From Candidatus Binatia bacterium (GTDB lineage: Bacteria > Desulfobacterota > Binatia > Bin18), in contig CAXXHG010000031.1 of assembly GCA_963666315.2 (NCBI GenBank), forward strand, positions 1 to 52,758: DNA of 52,758 bases. Reading direction: 5' to 3'. Shown here piece after piece: positions 10,638 to 17,468 of the stretch (position 1 is the stretch's first letter; every line of letters starts with the position of its first letter). The position numbers were made by a program, and so were the translations under genes. The notes beneath the pieces are model-generated. The model made no database searches. It worked only from the letters and a program-made list of their open reading frames with translations, and was not told where the DNA came from.

Positions 10638-11630
10638 CTAGACCCCATCTCTGAGGACGGAGCTTTCCAAAATCTTATGTGACGCAGCATGGGGATCGAG
10701 CTTGCCTGCCCCGACTTCATCAAAGAAGCGAGACAGCTCAGGGTCCGTCTGCACCTTGGCAATCAAACGTTTCCGGACTTCATATTCAACCCGCGAGATC
10801 AACTCTTCGCGGCGACGCTCCGTCCGGCGACGCTCAAGCTCGCCGAATTCGCGCGACGATTGATGGTGTTCCCGGATGGACTGAAACAGCTCAGACAAAC
10901 CCGTGCCATTAATGGCTTGGGTAGCAAGAACGGGAATCTTCCATTGTGAGTTTGCTGTCTCGCCTGCCGGCTTACTGCTGTATTTCAGCTCCAGCATGAG
11001 ACTCAGCTCAGTCATCATGCGCTGAGATCCCTCACGGTCGGCCTTATTCACAACAAAGATGTCCGCGATCTCCATCAGGCCAGCTTTCATGACTTGCACG
11101 CCATCGCCCGCCTCAGGCACCAGCGTTACGAGCACGGTGTCGGTCATGCCCATGACATCCAGCTCGGTCTGCCCGACACCGACGGTTTCAACCATAATAT
11201 AATCATAGCCAGCCGCATCGAACAGCTTAATAACATCCTTGGTCGCCCGCGCCAGTCCGCCATGACTACCACGCGTGGCCATGCTTCGGATGAAGACGCC
11301 TTTATCCAGATAATGCTTGCTCATCCGAATCCGATCACCAAGCAGGGCTCCGCCCGTAAACGGGCTGGATGGATCTATGGCCACAATACCAACCCGCTTA
11401 CCCGCTTTGCGCATAAGAGAGGTTAATCCATCGGCTAAGCTCGATTTGCCGGCTCCTGGCGGTCCGGTGATCCCGATGGTAAACGCCCTGCCCTGCTGTG
11501 AGCCTATGGCCTCCAGGATGCGCCCGACCACATCCCCTTCCCGTTCAGCAAGGGTCATCAAGCGGGCCAGCGCACGTGTATCGCCGGCTGACATTTTCTC
11601 GAGTAGTTGTTCCAGTGTGTATGTTGCCAT
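10638..11630 (-). CDS. meaB: Methylmalonyl-CoA mutase-associated GTPase MeaB/ArgK
   Basis: GITGPPGAGKSS, DPSSPFTGGALLGDRIRM, ETVGVGQ, NKAD. Confidence 0.93.
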   Translation of the reverse strand: MATYTLEQLLEKMSAGDTRALARLMTLAEREGDVVGRILEAIGSQQGRAFTIGITGPPGAGKSSLADGLTSLMRKAGKRVGIVAIDPSSPFTGGALLGDRIRMSKHYLDKGVFIRSMATRGSHGGLARATKDVIKLFDAAGYDYIMVETVGVGQTELDVMGMTDTVLVTLVPEAGDGVQVMKAGLMEIADIFVVNKADREGSQRMMTELSLMLELKYSSKPAGETANSQWKIPVLATQAINGTGLSELFQSIREHHQSSREFGELERRRTERRREELISRVEYEVRKRLIAKVQTDPELSRFFDEVGAGKLDPHAASHKILESSVLRDGV

Positions 11631-11764
11631 GTTTGCGGTTCTCTTTCCTAAGGGGTTTATATATCTGAAGCTGGTGTCAAAGCCAGGGCAGCTTGGCTAT
11701 GCTACGCAAGAAAGAAGAAACACACGCATGCAGCCTGGCATTGAATGCATTATGGGGAGACAAA

Positions 11765-12541
11765 ATGGAATGGGATAGCCTGTATATTGAGAAAACAGAC
11801 AACGTTGCCTTTCTGATCCTGGATCGTTCAGCATCGCTCAACGCAGTCAACGATCAACTCATCGCAGACCTCGAAGAGGCGTGTCAGACCTTAGATGCTG
11901 ACAGAGAGCTTCAGGTTGTTGTCCTCAAAGGGGAAGGGCGAGCCTTTTGTGCCGGCATGGACCTCAAGGCTGCCGCCCAGCGTCCTGCTACGAATGAAGC
12001 AATCCACGCGGCCTGGGCTCCGTGGCAACGCGCCTTGGATATGCTTGAACAGCTCAATGCGTTGACGATTGCGTCTATTCACGGCGCTTGCCTTGGGGCT
12101 GGGTACGAGTTAGTCCTCGCCTGTGATTTTCGGATTGCGGCCAATACCGCCTTTTTCTCCCTACCGCAGGTATTGTATGGCTCACCACCCGATACCAGCC
12201 AGAGCTATCGGCTGGCGCAGCTTATCGGCCTGGCCAAGGCAAAGGAGATTCTCATCTTGGGCGAACGTTTTGATGCTTCTCAAGCCGAGCATTGGGGTCT
12301 GCTGACCAAGGTTGTTGAAACGAAAAATTTGAAAGCAGAAACGCAGCAGCTCGTCGAGCGTTGCCTCAAAGTCGGCGGCAAAGCGGCGGTAGTCGCGAAA
12401 CATTTGCTCCATCGCGCATGGACACTTGCACAAGACGCCTGGCCGGCAGAGATCTCGCGCGCCCGTTCCGCCGCGCTAGAGGAGAAGGACTTTGCAGAGG
12501 CCATGCGCATCTATCGTGAGGAAAGAAAACCGCAGGTTTAG
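11765..12541 (+). CDS. Enoyl-CoA hydratase/isomerase family protein
   Basis: AFCAGMDL, HGACLGAGYELVLACDFRIA. Start placed at ATG 11765 after a GGGGAG RBS (ORF track starts at 11693). Confidence 0.9.
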   Translation: MEWDSLYIEKTDNVAFLILDRSASLNAVNDQLIADLEEACQTLDADRELQVVVLKGEGRAFCAGMDLKAAAQRPATNEAIHAAWAPWQRALDMLEQLNALTIASIHGACLGAGYELVLACDFRIAANTAFFSLPQVLYGSPPDTSQSYRLAQLIGLAKAKEILILGERFDASQAEHWGLLTKVVETKNLKAETQQLVERCLKVGGKAAVVAKHLLHRAWTLAQDAWPAEISRARSAALEEKDFAEAMRIYREERKPQV

Positions 12542-12635
12542 AAGAGGGATTAGGGAGAGGGGGTTAGGGGCTAGCTCTAAGAAAAACTCCACCGGCTTCC
12601 CATCCCCCAACCCCTAGCACCCAGCCCCTATCTTC
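12541..12635. repeat. Inverted 7-bp-period arrays forming a hairpin across the whole intergenic region
   Basis: GAGGGAT TAGGGAG AGGGGGT TAGGGGC TAG (12544-12574) versus TTCCCAT CCCCCAA CCCCTAG CACCCAG CCCCTAT (12597-12631), closed by GAAGA/TCTTC. Confidence 0.8.
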
Positions 12636-13841
12636 ATGCGCTCTACCACTCTTCATTTCATCAACGAACTCCGCACCGTGGGCATTCGTATCTCACTCAG
12701 CGAAAGCATGGATGCCGTACAAGCGGTTGCGGCAGCGGGAGTTGAACGCGAGGTCCTGCGCGAAGCGTTGGCAACTTGTGTCGTGAAAGAAGAAGAGGAT
12801 CGTTTCGCCTTTGATGAAGTCTTTGAACGCTTTTTTGCCGGACCTGCAAGAAGGGACAAGAAAAAACCGCGGCCACACTCCGGCGAAGGAGTAGGGCAGC
12901 GCACAACAAAAACAACCCGGAGCGAGCACGCGCGACCAAGTGAGAGGCAAAACAAGTCGGACAAGAAGCATTTCTCGCCTCAGTCTGTACAACCTCAAGA
13001 ATCCAAGTCTCAAAAGCAGAAAGACAAGCAAAAACAGAAAGCCCGGTCACTCCAGCCGGCCAAAGGAGTAGGAGAAAATCTAGAGGAAAAAGAAACACAG
13101 AAGCAGGAAAAATCTCGGCTCGCCAAACGCAAGGCGCTCTTACACAAATCGCTCAGCCTATTCGACTCACATGATATTGAAGAGGCCAAGGAGTTAGTAG
13201 AAGACCTCGCTCGCCGTTTTCGAGGCCATCTGGGCCGCCGCCAGCGTCGCACCAAGCGTGGACGGCTCGACTTTCGGCGGACTATTCGTGCGTCTATTTC
13301 TCATGGCGGTGTTCTGGTTGATCTACGCATGCGTGGCCGTCAGCCGGGTAAACCCGACCTCGTTGCGTTGTGTGACCTATCCGGATCGGTCTCAACCGTA
13401 AGCGACTTTCTACTCGCTTTACTTGCCCCAGCAAGTGACTACTTCCGGCACACGCGGACCTTTGCGTATGTGGACCGCCTGTGCGAAGTGTCCTTTGAAC
13501 AAGGCTATGTTGTCCCGCACGACGATCTTGATCTCTACGCGCGTTCAGATTTTGGCCAGGTACTTCAGAACTTTTGGCAGACCGAAGGCCCGCGCGCTTT
13601 AACGTGCAATGCCATAGTCCTTATCTTAGGCGACGCCCGCAACAACCGCCGGCCTCCCCGTCCGGACCTGCTGTCCCAGATCCGCGACCATGCCAAAAAA
13701 CTTATCTGGCTTAACCCGGAGCCAAGAGAGCGTTGGGACACTGGCGATAGCGTCATGAGCCGCTATGCGCCGATGTGTGATGCAGTATTGGAGTGTGAGA
13801 ATTTGAAGGACTTGCTGGGAGCGCTGAAGCAGGCGTTTTAG
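12636..13841 (+). CDS. VWA domain protein, CoxE-like
   Basis: GRLDFRRTIRAS, MIDAS DLSGS, SDFG, ILGDARNN, WLNPEP...WDTGDS. Confidence 0.88.
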   Translation: MRSTTLHFINELRTVGIRISLSESMDAVQAVAAAGVEREVLREALATCVVKEEEDRFAFDEVFERFFAGPARRDKKKPRPHSGEGVGQRTTKTTRSEHARPSERQNKSDKKHFSPQSVQPQESKSQKQKDKQKQKARSLQPAKGVGENLEEKETQKQEKSRLAKRKALLHKSLSLFDSHDIEEAKELVEDLARRFRGHLGRRQRRTKRGRLDFRRTIRASISHGGVLVDLRMRGRQPGKPDLVALCDLSGSVSTVSDFLLALLAPASDYFRHTRTFAYVDRLCEVSFEQGYVVPHDDLDLYARSDFGQVLQNFWQTEGPRALTCNAIVLILGDARNNRRPPRPDLLSQIRDHAKKLIWLNPEPRERWDTGDSVMSRYAPMCDAVLECENLKDLLGALKQAF

Positions 13842-13844
13842 AGT

Positions 13845-14648
13845 TTAAGGGAGCTGAGGGTCACCTGGGTGCATCCCCCTGTCGACATCCGAGGGGTTGG
13901 CCCTACGGATTCGGCGCAAGGGCTCGATAAGCTGAGGCAGCCAGTTCTGCGGATAACTCAACATTTCGCTTGGAACCCCGATCGGCTCTAGGCGGGCAGA
14001 CGGATCGGTTAGCAAGCTTCCTCGCATACGATCCCACACTGAGAAGATCGTGCCCAAGTTGTATGCGGCCGTACCAGGCACGTGATGCAGACGGTGCAAA
14101 CGCGGTGTGATGAACACCGGCTCTAAGAATTGCAGAGAAACGTACACATTGGCATGGCCAAAAGCCGCCCAGGCGCCATACAGGGCAGCACTGATCCCGA
14201 CCGCCTGTATCGGAAATCCCAGCAAGAGGAGAAGGACTGGCGACGCTAGGTGGCGGAGCAGGTGTTCCAGGAAGTGTCCTCGGAATGTCGCGAGCCAGTC
14301 AAGGATGCGGCTCGAGTGGTGTGCCTTGTGTAGCTCCCAGAGTGCGTCAATGTGGTGGAAGAGCACGTGGGACATATAGGCACCCAAGTCGTACAGCACT
14401 GTAGTGAGGAGTACGAACGCGAGGAACGGGATGACACCAGGCTCCAGGGTTGGTACTCCCATCGTAGCCGCCCAGTGAGACGCCTGAGTACGCAGCACGA
14501 GGCCGAGTCCTATAGCGCTGGTGAGGAAGTATACAGCATCGATCGTAAAAAATGGCCGGAAGAAGCGCGATAGCGTCAAGCGCACGAATGGAATGCGTTC
14601 CACGGTTACGAGCATAACAATAGCGGGTATGAGAATCAGGTTTTCCAT
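13845..14648 (-). CDS. Sterol desaturase / fatty acid hydroxylase family membrane protein
   Basis: His boxes HVLFH, HKAHH, HAN...HRLHH; YNLG.IFSVWDR; AGGAGG RBS. Confidence 0.9.
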   Translation of the reverse strand: MENLILIPAIVMLVTVERIPFVRLTLSRFFRPFFTIDAVYFLTSAIGLGLVLRTQASHWAATMGVPTLEPGVIPFLAFVLLTTVLYDLGAYMSHVLFHHIDALWELHKAHHSSRILDWLATFRGHFLEHLLRHLASPVLLLLLGFPIQAVGISAALYGAWAAFGHANVYVSLQFLEPVFITPRLHRLHHVPGTAAYNLGTIFSVWDRMRGSLLTDPSARLEPIGVPSEMLSYPQNWLPQLIEPLRRIRRANPSDVDRGMHPGDPQLP

Positions 14649-14686
14649 ATTGGAACCTCCTTTTTGGGATCTTCTCCCCCCCTCAC

Positions 14687-14713
14687 AACGATTGAGCTGC
14701 TGCTTTCGTTACA
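14687..14713 (-). promoter_or_regulatory. ECF-type promoter TGTAAC-N17-CGTT upstream of the desaturase
   Basis: Minus strand TGTAAC gaaagcagcagctcaat CGTT; same motif and spacing as the site upstream of the sigma gene. Confidence 0.7.
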
Positions 14714-14731
14714 CTGACCCGCCGGGCAGGC

Positions 14732-15715
14732 TTACGGGAACGAGACTATGCTGGTCTCAAAGTCAAAGCGCACAGCCTTCAGTTTTCGTGAGGCGAGGAT
14801 GACATGGAATTCTTTGACGCGCCCATCCTCGCTGACGTCGCAACGGAGCAGGGCGCGAGGAGCCCCTTTGGGATGGGTCTGCGAAAACTCGAGCAGCATC
14901 GCCGGCAGTCCGTTGACGACACACGGCCGGACGCGCATGCCAGCTAATCTTCGCTGCGCGACCCATAAGAAAAACTGTGCCACCTGAGAGCGGCCTACGA
15001 GCGGCACTCGTAGCGCGCTGTACTCACCACGGGCATCGGTGACTACACGGACCGAGTCAGTCAGGAGGGCTTGAATGCCTTCGACGTCCTGGGCGACGAG
15101 GCAGCGCAGAAATTCTTCCAGCACTCGCTGCGTCTGCTCTTGCAACCCACGCGTAGGGATACATCGCTCACGGTCATAGGACTGCATCTTTTGTCGGGCT
15201 CGGTGGTGCAGTACCCGCACATTTGCTTCCGACGGTCCCAGCACCTCGGCGGTTTCACGCGCTGAATAGTCAAAGACATCTCTGAGGAGCAGCACTGCGC
15301 GAGGTCGTGGGCTCAACGCCTCTAAGGCAAGCAGGAAAGCAAACGAGACACTCTCGAGCAGCTCATAGCGCCCTTCGAGACTGCCCTGCATGCCGCTCAT
15401 AGCCTTGGCGTACGCTGCTGTTCCTTCGTTTCCCGTCTCGATTGGTGATGGAAGCCAGCGCCCTATATACGCTGATCGCTTGCGTCGGCGGAGCATGTCC
15501 AGACCGACATTCACCGCGATACGAACAAGCCACGGGCGCCACCCCTCGTCGCTGCCTGGAGGCGGATGTTGCAGCGCGCGGACAAACGTCTCTTGCACGA
15601 TGTCATCGGCGTCCGCGGCACTACTAGTCAGACGATAGCCCACCCCCCACAGCAAACGCTCGTAGGCCCGGAATACGGCGCCCAGCTTCGCCGTGCCATT
15701 GGGCAGTGTGTCCAT
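14732..15715 (-). CDS. ECF41/SigJ-family sigma factor (sigma-70 r2/r4 + C-terminal SnoaL-like domain)
   Basis: DADDIVQETF, YIGRWLPSP (variant of the WLPEP linker), LLRDVFDYS, C-terminal NG.PA domain. Confidence 0.88.
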   Translation of the reverse strand: MDTLPNGTAKLGAVFRAYERLLWGVGYRLTSSAADADDIVQETFVRALQHPPPGSDEGWRPWLVRIAVNVGLDMLRRRKRSAYIGRWLPSPIETGNEGTAAYAKAMSGMQGSLEGRYELLESVSFAFLLALEALSPRPRAVLLLRDVFDYSARETAEVLGPSEANVRVLHHRARQKMQSYDRERCIPTRGLQEQTQRVLEEFLRCLVAQDVEGIQALLTDSVRVVTDARGEYSALRVPLVGRSQVAQFFLWVAQRRLAGMRVRPCVVNGLPAMLLEFSQTHPKGAPRALLRCDVSEDGRVKEFHVILASRKLKAVRFDFETSIVSFP

Positions 15716-15786
15716 ATCGACTTCCTCTACTCCCCCAGCTAACCGCCACCCATATGACAGGCAGTCTTCACACCTATCTTTACATA

Positions 15787-15813
15787 TACGTTTCAGCCGG
15801 CAAAAACGTTACA
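15787..15813 (-). promoter_or_regulatory. ECF-type promoter TGTAAC-N17-CGTA upstream of the sigma gene (possible autoregulation)
   Basis: Minus strand TGTAAC gtttttgccggctgaaa CGTA. Confidence 0.65.
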
Positions 15814-15947
15814 GATTTGGTCTCAAGCAAGGCGTTCTTCTTGCTCCGGAGGGGCCGGAGGAGTAAAGAGGCCGTAGCTTTGTAGGATAGGCAGAATAAA
15901 TTTCGACCCACCAAACAGAAGCGGTGGGGCAGTAACCGACCCTCCGG

Positions 15948-16307
15948 CTAGCTTTCCTCTCCACTCTTCAGAGGTTGGACCAAGTACGTACTAAGAACTT
16001 TCAACAATCGCGCATGCCTTTCTGGTGCGATTGTCCCAATTGAGCCGGCAATGTCTTGTTTGGGTAGAACGGCGAGGAATCCCAAGCGAAACAAAGAGGT
16101 CGAGGCTAATCCGCTGGAGGCAAAGTCAGCATCTGCTGAGGAGATGATTTCGTCAAAACTCTGCACGTCGTGCTGTAATTGAGTGCTCACACCACAGACG
16201 AGAACATCCCCATAGCCAGGCATTTCGCCAAGGACGATTGCTGGGCGGTTCTTCACTCTCCCATCGGCTTGGGGAATGGGCGTCAGGACGACGTCACCTT
16301 CTTTCAT
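15948..16307 (-). CDS. PemK/MazF family toxin
   Basis: GDVVL.P.PQADG..KNRPAIV, CGVST, SGL..TS..R motifs. Confidence 0.85.
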   Translation of the reverse strand: MKEGDVVLTPIPQADGRVKNRPAIVLGEMPGYGDVLVCGVSTQLQHDVQSFDEIISSADADFASSGLASTSLFRLGFLAVLPKQDIAGSIGTIAPERHARLLKVLSTYLVQPLKSGEES

Positions 16308-16400
16308 ACTCTGGATTAGACTCTTTGATAGCGTCTAGCGAATACTCTGGTTCATCTCCGCCATAGGCATTTTCTAATGCTTGTCTGGATAAGAGCAGCC
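16294..16400 (-). pseudogene. C-terminal remnant of the cognate antitoxin
   Basis: Reads LLLSRQALENAYGGDEPEYSLDAIKESNPEYERR* and overlaps the toxin start. The in-frame sequence upstream (to GTG 16467) does not look antitoxin-like and runs into the attC-like site. Confidence 0.6.
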
Positions 16401-16452
16401 GATCAGGATCACAAAAGATAATAAGCCAACTCTTCAAGAGACGAAGGGCAAT

Positions 16453-16540
16453 GTCTAACTGGGCCACTGCACCTGACCGCCGCCACGTTGCGAGTCGGAG
16501 AGAACAGAAACGTTATGTCTTGGCGACGGCAGGCGACTGA
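16453..16540 (+). mobile_element. Degenerate integron attC-like site
   Basis: GTCTAAC (RYYYAAC), 5-nt spacer, CACTGCAC-CTGACCGCCGCCA, pairing imperfectly with TGGCGACGGCAG-GCGACTG. No intact GTTRRRY R' box. Confidence 0.5.
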
Positions 16541-16560
16541 CAAAACACCGTGGAGTACTC

Positions 16561-16977
16561 TTATTCACTCCCACTCAACGCCTGACTGAGCGCCTGACGG
16601 TAAGGATGGGTGTCCATATAGGTTCGGAGGATCTTGAATTTCCCGTTTTCAAACGTCCAGAAGTTCAGATTGTTCATGACAATCGGTTTGCCATCTGTCG
16701 TCTTGCCTTCGAGGTGGAGGGGGGCAACGAGTTTGTTGCCGTCGATAACAATGTCCGTGGCAGCCGCCTTATAATCGACGAGGCTGGAGGTCAGCTTTTC
16801 ATAAAACGGGAGCAGGGCAGCTTTCCCTTGAATGCCCTCCTCGCCCGTCATAGGGTTAATAAGCTTTGCATCGTCTGCGAACAATTCGAGGATGCCGTCC
16901 ACATCACCATTGGTAACTCGTTCAAAATAAGTATGCGCTGCGGCTTCCATAGCCTGTTCAACTGGCCCTCTCGTCAT
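16561..16977 (-). CDS. SnoaL/NTF2-like family protein
   Basis: YFE...GDVDGILELFADDA, G...IQGKAAL, FENGK...YMDT; GGAGG RBS just before ATG 16977. Confidence 0.85.
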   Translation of the reverse strand: MTRGPVEQAMEAAAHTYFERVTNGDVDGILELFADDAKLINPMTGEEGIQGKAALLPFYEKLTSSLVDYKAAATDIVIDGNKLVAPLHLEGKTTDGKPIVMNNLNFWTFENGKFKILRTYMDTHPYRQALSQALSGSE

Positions 16978-16990
16978 AATTCCTCCCGGA

Positions 16991-17015
16991 AAGTTCAAGG
17001 TTCAAAGTTCAATGG
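16991..17015. repeat. Heptamer array, arm downstream of the four-helix-bundle gene
   Basis: AAGTTCA AGGTTCA AAGTTCA ATGG; inverted relative to 17436-17468. Confidence 0.85.
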
Positions 17016-17030
17016 AGTGGAAGAAGCGCT

Positions 17031-17420
17031 TTACTTGTACTCGCTCCCTTTCATTTCTGTAGTGCGTAAATATTTCATTAGGCCAGCGATCAATCGGCTG
17101 ATCTCCTGAGCTTTCTCACGGAGATCACGGAACTCGGTTTCACGGATATAGGCTTGATCAAAGGCAACATACAACTGAGCACGCACCTCACCGCAGGAGC
17201 CTTTCGCAAGAGATAAGAACTGGACGAACTCTTTATTCCCTTCACGCTCAAACCCCTCTGCTATGTTTGACAGAATGGGAACCGAAGCTCGACGGAGTTG
17301 ATCTTTCAAACCGAAGTCACGATTAAAATCCCCTGACGAGGAACCTGTATAAACGGCCTGTGCCAGTTCCCGGGCTTTCTTCCAGGCTTCAATGTCCTCA
17401 AATTTCTCGAATCGAGCCAT
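17031..17420 (-). CDS. Four-helix-bundle protein (23S rRNA intervening-sequence protein / Avd-like family)
   Basis: FEDIEAWKKAREL...Y, DFGLKDQLRRASV.ILSNIAEGFER, FVQFLSLAKGSCGEVRAQL. Confidence 0.93.
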   Translation of the reverse strand: MARFEKFEDIEAWKKARELAQAVYTGSSSGDFNRDFGLKDQLRRASVPILSNIAEGFEREGNKEFVQFLSLAKGSCGEVRAQLYVAFDQAYIRETEFRDLREKAQEISRLIAGLMKYLRTTEMKGSEYK

Positions 17421-17435
17421 TGTTATGAGGCCCTA

Positions 17436-17468
17436 CCGTTGAACCTTGAACCTTAAACATTGAACTTT
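17436..17468. repeat. Heptamer array, arm upstream of the four-helix-bundle gene, abutting the uvrA stop
   Basis: CCG TTGAACC TTGAACC TTAAACA TTGAACT TT; overlaps the uvrA stop codon (17467-17469). Confidence 0.85.

Noticed and set aside
17031-17420. Diversity-generating retroelement (Avd-like gene)
   Set aside because: No reverse transcriptase and no TR/VR repeat pair seen in the window.
16991-17468. 23S rRNA intervening sequence or CRISPR array
   Set aside because: The flanks are protein-coding genes, not rRNA. The repeats are contiguous 7-mers with no spacers and no cas genes.
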